64,000 nt of DNA, from IMG/VR virus record IMGVR_UViG_651053022_000007, positions 28,836 through 92,835 of that record. One strand, written 5' to 3'. Below are positions 28,658 to 39,194 of this stretch, in pieces. Each line of letters opens with the position of its first letter. Position 1 is the first letter of the stretch. Both the position numbers and the translations under genes were made by a program. The notes under the pieces were generated by a model that was not told the DNA's origin, made no database searches, and saw only the letters and a list, made by a program, of their open reading frames with translations. The DNA comes from a virus. Taxonomy: Duplodnaviria > Heunggongvirae > Uroviricota > Caudoviricetes.

Positions 28658-30333
28658 TGTGATTGCCCACCCTGACCACTAACTGCATTCGCCATAGCTG
28701 ACAAAACACTCGGATCCGAAGTTTTAGCTTCGCTTAGCGTCTTGGCGCCCTGTGCCGCCGCCATCCCCATCGCCATCATTTGTTGCTGCTGTTGCTGCTG
28801 TGCCCGTTGCTGGCGAGCCTGCTCAACCTGTTCCTGCGGAACAATGACGGTTGGAGACACTCCGGACATATCAGCGAATGCATCGATCGCCTGATCAACG
28901 TTGAGTTTGTCGAGAGCTTCTGGTTTCGCTTGCGCAAGTTGACCAATGAAGTTGACCGTAGACGCCAGACTGGACAGGCCGATAGACTTCTGCGCCTGAG
29001 CCATGACGGAAATGTATTCGACCTTCAGGGGCATACCTTCCATCACGTCTGGCGGTGGCGGCAGCATGTTTTTACGCACCATCATTGAGAAAGCGCGGTC
29101 AATGAGAGGATTAAGACATTCGTCGTTCAGACGCTCCAGAACCGGCCCCAACATCAGAAGTTTTTCTTCTTTCATTTCGATCACTGCTTCAACAGGCATC
29201 GAGCGGGTATTGATGTTCTGCAACATCATGAACAGATCGACAAAGTAGGCGCTGTTAATGATTTGACGAGTGTCCTGAATGTCTGCTACCAGATCTGCTG
29301 TACTGGGGTTAACCAGATAAGCAGGCCTGAAGCCATCCTGACCAGTAATCTGATCGATATACGTGATGTCGCCAGGAAGAAGGGAGGCGCGCTGATTCTT
29401 GAGGGAAGTCGGAGCAACCATCGGCGGATTGGTGGCTTTATCAATCAACTGCGACTTGCGCTTCTGGAGAAGTTGCAATGCCTTAACAGGTCCAAGCGCC
29501 AGCATACCCGGGCATGATGATCCATAAACATCTTCGCCATTAACTTCCCAGCGCGGAGCCATAATTGGAAACTCATCAAATCCGGACTCACGCAACAACT
29601 TGTCGTTATCGCCACCAACCTCGTAATAAACCGATTTGAATGGCTTGTTCTTGCTATCCAGCTTCGATGTATCGCGGTCAATGTTCGGGTAAACCGAATG
29701 CATCACGTCAATCCACTTCTCGTAGGTGCCGCTTTCCCACATGCTTTTTACGGATTCGCTGACGTTATTTAGCCCGAACTCCTGAACAAGCTGACGAACA
29801 GTCATAGAGAACTTGCGAAAACAGGTGTCCACACTGCCACGAGGTGAGTTAGCCAGGTAGTAACTGCCTATCGGGAATGGCATTGTGCGAATGATGTCCT
29901 CGTCATCCTCCAGCACCGCCATTGCACCAGTGCTGTATGTGCCGAGGCTTCCGTATAACTGCGGAAGAGACTGGTAGAGATTCGACTTATTGAACATATC
30001 GTTCATGCGGTTCTGCACCGCCTCGAGCCACAACTTAACAGGACCATAATCCATCATTTCAGGATCTGGCGTAGCCAGGCGAAACCACGGACGCGCGGGG
30101 CTTGTGATGCCTGACATCATGCCGCTGGCGAGAGTGCGCGCCGCCATAGTCCCGGTCGAATCAATAATGCGTGTATTGCGTCGATCGTTACGGTTGACCT
30201 CAGAAGTCAGAAAGCGGGAACCACGCGGGTTGATGTAATCACTCAACTCGCGCCAGTGCGGCTCAAACGACTGACGCTCGCTTTCAAGTTGTGCGAACTG
30301 TTTGTTCAATCGCTCTTTAGTTGTTTCCGCCAT
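28654..30333 (-). CDS. portal protein
   Basis: 559 aa; position upstream of scaffold and capsid; C-terminal Gln/Ala-rich tail. Confidence 0.7.
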   Translation of the reverse strand: MAETTKERLNKQFAQLESERQSFEPHWRELSDYINPRGSRFLTSEVNRNDRRNTRIIDSTGTMAARTLASGMMSGITSPARPWFRLATPDPEMMDYGPVKLWLEAVQNRMNDMFNKSNLYQSLPQLYGSLGTYSTGAMAVLEDDEDIIRTMPFPIGSYYLANSPRGSVDTCFRKFSMTVRQLVQEFGLNNVSESVKSMWESGTYEKWIDVMHSVYPNIDRDTSKLDSKNKPFKSVYYEVGGDNDKLLRESGFDEFPIMAPRWEVNGEDVYGSSCPGMLALGPVKALQLLQKRKSQLIDKATNPPMVAPTSLKNQRASLLPGDITYIDQITGQDGFRPAYLVNPSTADLVADIQDTRQIINSAYFVDLFMMLQNINTRSMPVEAVIEMKEEKLLMLGPVLERLNDECLNPLIDRAFSMMVRKNMLPPPPDVMEGMPLKVEYISVMAQAQKSIGLSSLASTVNFIGQLAQAKPEALDKLNVDQAIDAFADMSGVSPTVIVPQEQVEQARQQRAQQQQQQQMMAMGMAAAQGAKTLSEAKTSDPSVLSAMANAVSGQGGQSQ

Positions 30334-30622
30334 TTCAATGACTCCGGTTACTGACCAAGCAGCGTTTTACCGCTGGTATTAGCGGTTGATGTGTCGCCCT
30401 GAGAACCGGTAAGCAGCGTAGAACTACGACCAGCAGCAGCGCGACGGCGACGTGTTTCTTCGTCGCGGGCATCAACAACGGCGACATCCTGCTCCTGTGG
30501 TGCTGCCTGAACTTCTGGTGTTGCAGGCACTGATGGTGAGCTACCCATGCACATATCAATGACTCCGTACGCAATTAAATTATTACCAATTTAACCACAT
30601 ATGTTTTATTTATCGTAGAAGG

Positions 30623-30659
30623 TTGACATTTAACGCGCTAATTATTACCTTTCAGGTAA
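30623..30659 (+). promoter_or_regulatory. putative promoter with operator-like palindrome
   Basis: TTGACA at 30623-30628 and TTACC-TTTCA-GGTAA at 30645-30659. Confidence 0.4.
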
Positions 30660-30981
30660 CTAAAGAGTTCATTCCGGTTACTAACCTGACTGGCTTGTCG
30701 TTAAATTGAACAGGTGGAGTGAGCTTTTATTTTGAGCAGTACGGCGTATGGCACATGCGCCGATAGCGGTCTGGATACGTTTAAGGGGCACCCTCCCTTG
30801 CTCGGGCAAACGAACCAGGTAGCCGGAATGTGCAAGTCGAGCGGTTTTATTCCGCGCACGGGGATTCACCATCCCGGCGATTCGGTGTGACGCCTCGGAA
30901 GAGACGAGGGTACAACGATGAGAGCATTTATGGAGCCGCGACAAAGTGTGGCGCCTTAACAGGCTAAGTGCTCTCAGCGTT

Positions 30982-31058
30982 GTGGCATTAGCTCAGTTGG
31001 ACAGAGCAACCGCCTTCTAAGCGGTTGGTCGCAGGTTCGAATCCTGCATGCCACGCCA
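30982..31058 (+). tRNA. tRNA-Arg (anticodon TCT)
   Basis: cloverleaf folded by hand: acceptor GTGGCAT/ATGCCAC, D-arm GCTCAGTTGGACAGAGC, anticodon loop CTTCTAA, T-loop TTCGAAT, CCA end. Confidence 0.85.
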
Positions 31059-31256
31059 GAATCACGCCTAAGGACCGTGATGCCAGAAGTTCCAGGGGGT
31101 TGGCGGTGATGGTTTCCCTTGAAGGACTATCACCGCCCTTTTTACAGCAGGACGCCATTGCGATGACTTCATGCTGTAAACCAGTACAGCCACGGAAGGC
31201 ATAACTCATTGCTTCCAGTTCGCCCGGTTCGCCGGGCATTTTTTTAAGGTGAGATT

Positions 31257-31613
31257 ATGAACGACCAGCAAATCGAAAAAGAAATCGTTGAGAAAGGCAA
31301 AACCGCTCCGCGAGTTACGCCTCAATATATCGAAAGCATCATTCTTGAAGAGCATTTCTTTACTGCTTATGACGGCATTCGTGCTGCCAATATGGGCGTT
31401 GGCGATTCATGGACAGCGCATAAATCTACAGACCTCCTGACTTTCTGCGTATTGGTACTGAAGAATGGCTTCACCGTCACCGGAGAGAGTGCCTGTGCAA
31501 GTCCGGAAAATTTTGATGCAGAAATTGGTCGGAAGATTGCCCGGCAGAATGCTGTAAACAAAATCTGGATGCTCGAAGGTTACTTGCTGAAGCAGAAGTT
31601 AAGCGAGCAATAA
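31257..31613 (+). CDS. conserved phage protein of unknown function
   Basis: 118-aa ORF opposite in orientation to the flanking terminase and portal genes. Confidence 0.45.
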   Translation: MNDQQIEKEIVEKGKTAPRVTPQYIESIILEEHFFTAYDGIRAANMGVGDSWTAHKSTDLLTFCVLVLKNGFTVTGESACASPENFDAEIGRKIARQNAVNKIWMLEGYLLKQKLSEQ

Positions 31614-31703
31614 CACCGTGGCATGTCACAAACAGCAAGCCTATGAACTGGCTTTGTTTTATCCTCACCAGAAGATATCAACGACATTATCCCCACCAGC
31701 GAA

Positions 31704-33179
31704 TTAAGCATAAGGGTCATAATCCGTTATGGCCCTTCCCTGCTGGCTTTGCTGTCCTGGTATATTTATGCGTTTCGAGACCGGGAAAGCAAACGTCAGC
31801 AGTAGCGCATCGCCTTTACCAGGAGAACGCCCAAGACGCTCTTTGATATCTTCCTTCGGTTCGATAACGATTTTACCGTCCACACGAACTTTGTACTCTG
31901 CCGCAGACAGGTCGTCCGCTGTTTCCTGGTCATCCAGCATGCCGCCCAGCCTCAGCCATGTCTTGCATGAGTTGAACATCTCCCCACGCTTGTTGAGCAT
32001 CTGCGGGTCAGTAGACGCGCCACCGAACGGAACAAGTTGCCATGTGCGCCCCCAACCATCACCGATTGACTTCAGACCGGTACCGTAACCGAAGTCGATG
32101 AACACCGCGTCAGCCTGATACTGGTCTTCAAAGTCAGCGATACGCTTCGCCATAATCAGATCGTCGGTAGTCTTGTTGCCAGTCCACAGCACCTTACTGT
32201 GTAGCCCCTGCCGCAGGTATATCACCGCGTCATCAACGCCTGAATATGCCGGGTCAACACCGATTATCACCGGAGCATGCGCCACCTGCGCAGCGGTTAC
32301 CACCCGTTTCATTGCCTCATCAGTAAGACCGGTAGGGATAAACTGCAATTCAGATGCATCAGGGAATATGCCGCGCACACGGATTTTAACGAAGTCGCTG
32401 TCTTCCCCGTAGTCATCGACCCATTTCTGCAACTGCTGTTTGTTAGTGCCTTCCACCGTCCGGCTGTCAATCTGCGCAGTTTTCCAGCGGTGTTTATATT
32501 TGCGGAAACATTCGCGGAAACGCCCGGTGTTACGTGTAGGGTTTCCGAACGCCACCCAGATAATCTCAGTGTCTTCGTCCGTAAGCGCACCCTCAGCAAC
32601 TTCCCACACCAGATCCGCAATGTTCGACGCTTCATCGAATACCACGATGATGCGTTTGCGCTCGTTGTGTAGTCCGGCGAATGCCTCAGTGTTGTGCTCA
32701 GACCAGGGGATTGCGTCAGCTCGCCACCGCTTGTCGTGCCCAGGATCATTGCTGTACATCGCGGTAGCGGTACAGGTAAACCAGTCTTTCGTGATAGCAA
32801 GGTTCGACCACTTGATAATTTCCGGCCAGGTCTTCGTTCGTAGCTGGTTGTCGGTGTTGGCGGTCACCACGACCTTACAATCCTCGCAAGTGGACATGCC
32901 CCAGTTGATCAGCATTGAGATGAATGCGGATTTACCAATACCGTGACCAGAAGCACGTGCCAGCATAAGCGGCTGATAGCGCGTCTCTGGATTCTGCAGG
33001 TGATCACGTATCTCTCGGAACGCATCAGCCTGCCACTGACGTGGACCGGTGGCATGTGCCAGTTCAGTCCCCTCTTCCCCCCACGGGAACGCATAGATGG
33101 CATAGCCAAGCGGATCGTGAGTGAACCCTGCAATATCCTCGATCAACTGCTCTTCAGGAGATAACGCTGTATCTGTCAC
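31704..33179 (-). CDS. terminase large subunit
   Basis: 491 aa; ATPase Walker A-like GHGIGKS, nuclease-domain acidic residues. Confidence 0.85.
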   Translation of the reverse strand: MTDTALSPEEQLIEDIAGFTHDPLGYAIYAFPWGEEGTELAHATGPRQWQADAFREIRDHLQNPETRYQPLMLARASGHGIGKSAFISMLINWGMSTCEDCKVVVTANTDNQLRTKTWPEIIKWSNLAITKDWFTCTATAMYSNDPGHDKRWRADAIPWSEHNTEAFAGLHNERKRIIVVFDEASNIADLVWEVAEGALTDEDTEIIWVAFGNPTRNTGRFRECFRKYKHRWKTAQIDSRTVEGTNKQQLQKWVDDYGEDSDFVKIRVRGIFPDASELQFIPTGLTDEAMKRVVTAAQVAHAPVIIGVDPAYSGVDDAVIYLRQGLHSKVLWTGNKTTDDLIMAKRIADFEDQYQADAVFIDFGYGTGLKSIGDGWGRTWQLVPFGGASTDPQMLNKRGEMFNSCKTWLRLGGMLDDQETADDLSAAEYKVRVDGKIVIEPKEDIKERLGRSPGKGDALLLTFAFPVSKRINIPGQQSQQGRAITDYDPYA

Positions 33180-33772
33180 TGATTACCATCCTGACGTTCT
33201 TTGAGTCGCTTCCTGGCTGCTGCTATGCGATCAGCAATTGTCACATTCACATTAACATCCAGGCGTTCTTTGAATGCGTTGACGTCGACGTGCTTACCAA
33301 TCAGTTCGAGGTTCTTCACCTTGTCAGGCCATTTAATTTTTTTGAGGATTGTCTCTATCGAATCCTCGTTCATGTTCATGATGGTCGATGACAGATCAAA
33401 GCCACTAAGCGTAGTGCGCCAGATTTTCGGCCACTCACGGATTGGTTTAAGGCTCCCATCGTCGTTGAGGATGTCGATCACGTCCATCTGGTCGATCTCC
33501 ACCAGGCGCATGAGAACGTAATCAGCACTGACGCGCATTCGTTTGTTGCGCTCCTCCATCAACTCGGCAATCCGTTTTTGAATGCGTTCATCGCGCATCA
33601 TGACACTGGCTTTAACTGCCGCTGTATTTGGAGAGAATCCTGCGTTAATCGCTGCCTGAGTCTGGTTTTCAGGCGTTTTGATGTATGACTGGCAATAAGC
33701 CTCCTGCATTGCTGTTAGTGGCTTAAATTGCGTTGATTTGCGTTTATAGGTTTTAGGTTCAGCAGGCATCAT
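33176..33772 (-). CDS. terminase small subunit
   Basis: ORF 33176..33850 with probable internal start MMPAEPK; overlaps terminase large start. Confidence 0.55.
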   Translation of the reverse strand: MMPAEPKTYKRKSTQFKPLTAMQEAYCQSYIKTPENQTQAAINAGFSPNTAAVKASVMMRDERIQKRIAELMEERNKRMRVSADYVLMRLVEIDQMDVIDILNDDGSLKPIREWPKIWRTTLSGFDLSSTIMNMNEDSIETILKKIKWPDKVKNLELIGKHVDVNAFKERLDVNVNVTIADRIAAARKRLKERQDGNQ

Positions 33773-33890
33773 AACCACCGTGGTAATAGTTACCGTTGTG
33801 GTAATAGTACCATGCAAAATAAAGCCGCCATAGTTGGCGGCAGTATTCAAAACCCATCAAATTCATCATGCATAATCTACTCGTGACATG

Positions 33891-34232
33891 TCACACTATT
33901 AATTTCGTTTCATGCCAGCCTTTAGTCACCCAGCATTGCGAGTCACCATTACACGGGCATGAATTAACTGGAACTCTCTCGCCGCACTTACCGCAACATT
34001 TTCTGCTGATCGATTTTATACGCCCGCGCACGCGTGCATCATCCTGGCGGATCAGTAACGCTATATACTCACCAAATTCGTAAGGCGCACGCCCGGGGCG
34101 ACGCGTGGCACAGTTACGCTCCAGCATTTCAATTTCCTGAGCATCAAGCACAATTTCCAGCTTACGCACACCAGATGCAGCTTGTCTGGCTCTCTGAGCG
34201 GCTTTGCGCTCTGCTGCTGATTTAGCCATCAA
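33891..34232 (-). CDS. hypothetical Cys-rich phage protein
   Basis: 113 aa with CCGKCGE..C.C motif. Confidence 0.35.
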   Translation of the reverse strand: MMAKSAAERKAAQRARQAASGVRKLEIVLDAQEIEMLERNCATRRPGRAPYEFGEYIALLIRQDDARVRGRIKSISRKCCGKCGERVPVNSCPCNGDSQCWVTKGWHETKLIV

Positions 34233-34503
34233 TATTTACCTTTATCGCGAACACATTTACCGGTTTATCGCCGATGTGCGGATGTGTGATTGTCTTGATT
34301 TCATATCCGTCATACGGAACATCAATTCTACGGCTGGGATCGTCGCGCTTCGGATATCCCTTTGTGATAATCAGGCGGTCATATTCCCGGAACATAATTC
34401 GCTTATTCCAGTAGTCATTACACAGGCGATACTCTTCCGTTTTATCTCCGCGAATCATGGCATCGAAGTATTCACCTTTGACGGCAAGTTGCAGGTTAGC
34501 CAT
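34222..34503 (-). CDS. ASCH/PUA-like domain protein
   Basis: start MANLQLAVKGEYFDAMIRGDKTEEYR within ORF 34222..34524. Confidence 0.4.
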   Translation of the reverse strand: MANLQLAVKGEYFDAMIRGDKTEEYRLCNDYWNKRIMFREYDRLIITKGYPKRDDPSRRIDVPYDGYEIKTITHPHIGDKPVNVFAIKVNIDG

Positions 34504-34763
34504 TACCGCACCTCCAGTCTCCATACCGCCTGACCAATCCGGCTGGCATGGTTATCTTTAGATACTGTTCCGTCTTTAGCAATCTCCATAAGAATTTTGC
34601 GCAAATCTTCCGAACGCCATTCTTCATCAGGAAATTCCTTCTCCATTGCCAACCGCAAATTCCAGGTTGCCATCCTGAATGGATATTCCCCGCCGAGAGC
34701 TTTATCTTGCAGGGCAGCCCGGGAACGCATCACCTGCAAAACCTTCTCTTTTACATCCATCAT
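34503..34763 (-). CDS. hypothetical phage protein
   Basis: 86-aa ORF. Confidence 0.35.
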   Translation of the reverse strand: MMDVKEKVLQVMRSRAALQDKALGGEYPFRMATWNLRLAMEKEFPDEEWRSEDLRKILMEIAKDGTVSKDNHASRIGQAVWRLEVR

Positions 34764-35719
34764 TTCGCCTCCTGCGGCGGTTCCGGTAGCGGAATCCAGT
34801 GAGTTGCTTGCTCAATACCATTACCCGGCTTAATCGTTGCATCTCCGCGCCGAAAGGTGCTTCCGGTATAGCGTGCGGAGCATATTAGCGGCTCAACCAG
34901 ATCACTATCGAAATTCACCGAAATAAGTACGTTCTGATTCTTTTTCGGCATTCGCTCACTACAGCTTATCCAACCATCCGGAGTTACCGGAGTTGGTCCA
35001 TCGAATTCGGGCATGTCAGGACCTTTTCTGATAGCTTTAGCCAGCTCCAGCGGGTCATCGTAAAGCCAGTCGCCAGTTTGTGGGTGATTTGCTTCTGCAA
35101 GCTGCGCAGCCCATTCAAGACCATCTTTTTGACCTTGGAGATAATCAAGCGGCAACTCTTCATGATTACTTACAGGTTCGGCACCATGAAGCATGGCGCC
35201 GCTCCGCTCTATGCCATCCAGCGCGATTCGCAGTGCCTGAATTGTGGTAGAGCTATCGTTTGGGGCTATTCCATATCGCTCGAATACAGCTAAATGGTTG
35301 CGCATAATCTCAGGCGTAAGCTCTTTGTAAGCATAAGCAAGAGGCTCTGATGCATTATCCAGCACAACCGACGCAGGCGCGGCAGCATAAACAGGAATAA
35401 CGTCCGCTTGCTCTTTATTGCTTTCATCCGTTAAAGCCCAGAATAATTTCCCGGCCGGATGTTTGAAAATATAAGCAACTGGATCTGCTTCCAGCGATGC
35501 CAGCGCAATCCGTGCCAGTTCCATTTGTTCACCACGGGTAAGCCCGTTTTCAAGCGGGTTTTTAATGAACAATTCAATACGTTCTTTGGTAATAGTGGTC
35601 ATGACCCACTGCTTCCCCTGAAAGTCTGTAACGCCTTTTTTCACGTAGCGATATCGCCATGCCACTGGTTTTGCCTGCCCTGCCTTTTCATGCCCTTCCT
35701 GATAATTAATCTCGCTCAT
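34760..35719 (-). CDS. DUF551-like domain phage protein
   Basis: 319 aa; C-terminal DGWISCSERMPKK...VLIS segment resembles the DUF551 family. Confidence 0.5.
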   Translation of the reverse strand: MSEINYQEGHEKAGQAKPVAWRYRYVKKGVTDFQGKQWVMTTITKERIELFIKNPLENGLTRGEQMELARIALASLEADPVAYIFKHPAGKLFWALTDESNKEQADVIPVYAAAPASVVLDNASEPLAYAYKELTPEIMRNHLAVFERYGIAPNDSSTTIQALRIALDGIERSGAMLHGAEPVSNHEELPLDYLQGQKDGLEWAAQLAEANHPQTGDWLYDDPLELAKAIRKGPDMPEFDGPTPVTPDGWISCSERMPKKNQNVLISVNFDSDLVEPLICSARYTGSTFRRGDATIKPGNGIEQATHWIPLPEPPQEAK

Positions 35720-35751
35720 TCATCGCCCCACTCATCACAATATGCTTCGAC

Positions 35752-35884
35752 CGGTAGGCATGATAAGACGCGTCAGCGTCGCATCAGGCATCTGCGCACG
35801 GTGTCGGATGCGGCGCGAGCGCCTTATCCGACCTACGGTTCAGGCCTGTAGGCATGATAAGACGCGTCAGCGTCGCATCAGGCA
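35752..35884. repeat. two REP-like palindromic units
   Basis: GGCATGATAAGACGCGTCAGCGTCGCATCAGGCA occurs twice; resembles E. coli chromosomal REP elements. Confidence 0.55.
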
Positions 35885-37080
35885 ATTGATGTCTTAGGGC
35901 CGGAGAAACGCAGACGGCGTACCACACAGGAAAAGATCGCAATTGTTCAGCAGAGCTTTGAACCGGGGATGACGGTCTCCCTCGTTGCCCGGCAACATGG
36001 TGTAGCAGCCAGCCAGTTATTTCTCTGGCGTAAGCAATACCAGGAAGGAAGTCTTACTGCTGTCGCCGCCGGAGAACAGGTTGTTCCTGCCTCTGAACTT
36101 GCTGCCGCCATGAAGCAGATTAAAGAACTCCAGCGTCTGCTCGGCAAAAAAACGATGGAAAATGAACTCCTTAAAGAAGCCGTTGAATATGGGCGAGCAA
36201 AAAAGTGGATAGCGCACGCGCCCTTATTGCCCGGCCTGCTCGGCAAGAAAACGATGGAAAATGAACTCCTCAAAGAAGCCGTTGAATATGGACGGGCAAA
36301 AAAGTGGATAGCGCACGCGCCCTTATTGCCCGGGGATGGGGAGTAAGCTTAGTCAGCCGTTGTCTCCGGGTGTCGCGTGCGCAGTTGCACGTCATTCTCA
36401 GACGAACCGATGACTGGATGGATGGCCGCCGCAGTCGTCACACTGATGATACGGATGTGCTTCTCCGTATACACCATGTTATCGGAGAGCTGCCCACGTA
36501 TGGTTATCGTCGGGTATGGGCGCTGCTTCGCAGACAGGCAGAACTTGATGGTATGCCTGCGATCAATGCCAAACGTGCCGATGACTGGAAGGACGGCCGC
36601 CGCAGCCGTCACACGGATGATACGGATGTGCTTCGCCGTATACACCATGTTATCGGAGAGCTACCCACATATGGTTATCGTCGGGTATGGGCGCTGCTTC
36701 GCAGACAAACAGAACTTGATGGTATGCCTGCGATCAATGCCAAACGTGTTTACCGGATCATGCGCCAGAATGCGCTGTTGCTTGAGCGAAAACCTGCTGT
36801 ACCGCCATCGAAACGGGCACATACCGGCAGAGTGGCTGTGAAAGAAAGTAATCAGCGATGGTGCTCTGACGGGTTTGAGTTCCGCTGTGATAACGGAGAA
36901 AAACTGCGGGTCACGTTCGCGCTGGACTGCTGTGACCGTGAGGCACTGCACTGGGCGGTCACAACGGGTGGCTTCGACAGTGAAACAGTACAGGACGTCA
37001 TGCTGGGAGCAGTGGAACGCCGCTTTGGCAGCGAGCTTCCGGCGTCTCCAGTGGAGTGGCTGACGGATAATGGTTCATGC
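35885..37080 (+). mobile_element. IS2 remnant (5'-truncated orfA, 3'-truncated orfB, internal tandem duplications)
   Basis: orfA from codon 2 ([55 protein letters not shown]) and orfB to ..WLTDNGSC; 98-bp duplication at 36137-36333 and 170-bp duplication at 36407-36747. Confidence 0.8.
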
Positions 37081-37102
37081 CTCACCACTGAGCTAAAGGG
37101 CC
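37081..37102 (-). other. 22-nt fragment identical to the 5' end of the tRNA(CAT) at 58856..58931
   Basis: CTCACCACTGAGCTAAAGGGCC plus about 30 nt of shared flank. Confidence 0.5.
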
Positions 37103-37263
37103 GGGAGCAGAATAATAACGGTCCGTAATTAATTCCGCAATAAAAAACCCGCTCGGCGGCGGGTTGTAGAAACTCTTCTAACGTCAGGCATAAAAAGCCC
37201 ATTGTTATGACGAATTTACCACAGATTCCGGAAAAATCAACCTTGTTACCTAGTTACCTTTTT

Positions 37264-37452
37264 TAACTGCCGCTCAGCCCATGCTTCTTCAATATCAAAC
37301 CGGGTCACCAGCGCATCATAGAATTTCTTAACTGTTTTTTCCCATGACGCGCGTGTTATCTGGTTTGTCACCTCGCATATAGCATTAAATGCCTCCGTTG
37401 ATGGTAGTCTTTCATAGCCACGACCACCACAACGCTGGCAGTCTCTGATAAC
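37264..37452 (-). pseudogene. Q antiterminator 3' fragment
   Basis: about 80% identical by eye to the 3' end of the Q gene at 60606..61427 including its downstream flank. Confidence 0.5.
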
Positions 37453-37697
37453 ACGAAGCTAAGGTTGGTAATTAAGGAGTTCTCCACGGGTCAGGTGGAG
37501 TGCGTGCGCCGGACACGGGTGAACATCCGGCACTGACAGTTTACTGAAAGGATATGTCCCTGAAAAGTCAGGGCATAAAGCGAAAGCGCACGGCGAAATT
37601 GGTCTCTCTGTACGGTGTCGTTAAATTTAGTTCGACCGTGCGCTTCCGGTTGTGGCACTCCGCGAAATGGCGCGGCGGTAAGTATGGCGGGGTTATT

Positions 37698-37716
37698 CGG
37701 TTGGATCACCTCCTTA
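37698..37716 (+). rRNA. 16S rRNA 3'-terminal 19-nt fragment (start of an rrn spacer fragment)
   Basis: CGGTTGGATCACCTCCTTA, followed by spacer with tRNA-Ile and tRNA-Ala. Confidence 0.6.
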
Positions 37717-37784
37717 CCTTAAAGAAGCGTACTTTGAAGTGCTCACACAGATTGTCTGATGAAAATGAGCAGTAAAACCTCTAC

Positions 37785-37861
<77 letters not shown>

Positions 37862-37903
37862 AATTTGCACCGCAAATTTGAAGAGGTTTTAACTACATGT
37901 TAT

Positions 37904-37979
37904 GGGGCTATAGCTCAGCTGGGAGAGCGCCTGCTTTGCACGCAGGAGGTCTGCGGTTCGATCCCGCATAGCTCCACCA
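37904..37979 (+). tRNA. tRNA-Ala (anticodon TGC)
   Basis: GGGGCTATAGCTCAGCTGGGAGAGCGCCTGCTTTGCACGCAGGAGGTCTGCGGTTCGATCCCGCATAGCTCCACCA. Confidence 0.85.
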
Positions 37980-37994
37980 TCTCTGTAGTGATTA

Positions 37995-39193
37995 AATAAA
38001 AAAACGATATTGATTTCATCAAACTGCTCATCGTCCATTAACACTCCCGCATGCGTCAGCGCATCCAGCGGTGCTTTCAGGATATTGTCCAGGTCGCGAC
38101 GACGCTTATCCGGTGGCTCTGCAATCACCTTTATCGCCAGCCTTCCGGACAGGTTTAATTTCAGCCGCTGCTGGCGAACAATTAGCGCCACATCACGGCG
38201 ATAACGCTTTCCGGCCTCCGAGATGAAATACGTATTGCCATGACGTCGCCAGTAGGTATTCACCGTCGGCGGGTAAGGCAAAACAAATTCTATGCGTTCA
38301 GTCATACCTCCCAGGCCATGACCAATGATGTGATGCGGATCATCTGCCTGATTACCGCACGTCATGCATTTCTGCGTTTTTACCCAGCGCGTGTATACAG
38401 GCATCTCTTCCCGTTGTGGTTTCTGGCGCTGGAGATACTGAGCCGGAGACTCCGGATCAACGGCGATGCTTACTAACGTCTTTTCCTGGAGTGGGGGCTG
38501 TTGCTGGTGGACGTGAAGTGGCAGCGCAATATTTTTTGTGCGCTGCTTCAGTATGCTGGTGGCAGTCTGTTCTCCCGGTACGATGTCACTCTCACGGTAT
38601 ACGGAGCGGATTTTTTCCACCGGTAATCCCAGTGAACGACACAATACAGACTCCGGAAGCACATCAGCCACCTGATTGCAGACCGCCCACCAGGATAATT
38701 CGGCCAGCGATAACTCCCTCTCCTGCGTACCGCTGATTGCGTGACGGATGACGTCAATCATCCATGCTGACAAGTTTTGGTGAGCAAGTTGCTCAAGTGA
38801 TTCTGAGGTCTGGTCACACAACTGGTTGTCGCAGTGCCAGCACAACACCATTGCGCCGGTACCATAACGGTGAATGACGGTTTCACTGTGGTGATAATCA
38901 CCGTGTGGCCACTGGCAGGATTTAATATGGCGCAACAGCCAGTCAGACAGTGCACCAGCGCCGCCAGCAGCACGAATCACACGCTCATTGCTGAAAAATG
39001 GCAGTAATGATTTATCCTCCGCCAGCGGCTGGCGAACGGCAGGGACGACTCCGGATGGCAGGCCGCACATGCTTTTCGGTTCCGGCTCCACCAGCACTCG
39101 AGGATTATGAAATATCTGTATGGATTCACGGCCCGGCTTAAGGACCACCAGCCCAAGCTCAGGCACCAGAACAGGTCTAAGTAATACCCGCAC
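37995..39193 (-). pseudogene. YdfU-like (DUF968) :: RusA in-frame fusion remnant
   Basis: relative to intact copy at 61442..62860, about 62 codons at the YdfU/RusA boundary are missing (HGLGGM|TERIEFV) and rusA ends at EINIV; ORF 37889..39193 then reads through antisense tRNA-Ala. Confidence 0.6.
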
Positions 39194-39194
39194 G

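Noticed and set aside
30988-31239. Minus-strand 83-aa ORF
   Set aside because: Overlaps tRNA-Arg(TCT) at 30982-31058 on the opposite strand; the ORF is an artefact of the tRNA sequence.
33773-33850. N-terminal 26 codons of the terminase small subunit ORF
   Set aside because: Thr/Ile/Val low-complexity stretch from a GGTAATAGT repeat; the internal start MMPAEPK is more plausible.
36304-37128. Intact 274-aa transposase
   Set aside because: IS2 orfB-derived but with an internal 170-bp tandem duplication, truncated at WLTDNGSC and fused to a tRNA-fragment translation.
37889-39193. Single intact 434-aa protein
   Set aside because: Comparison with 61442..62860 shows an in-frame YdfU::RusA deletion fusion whose last about 35 codons are antisense tRNA-Ala; treated as a pseudogene.
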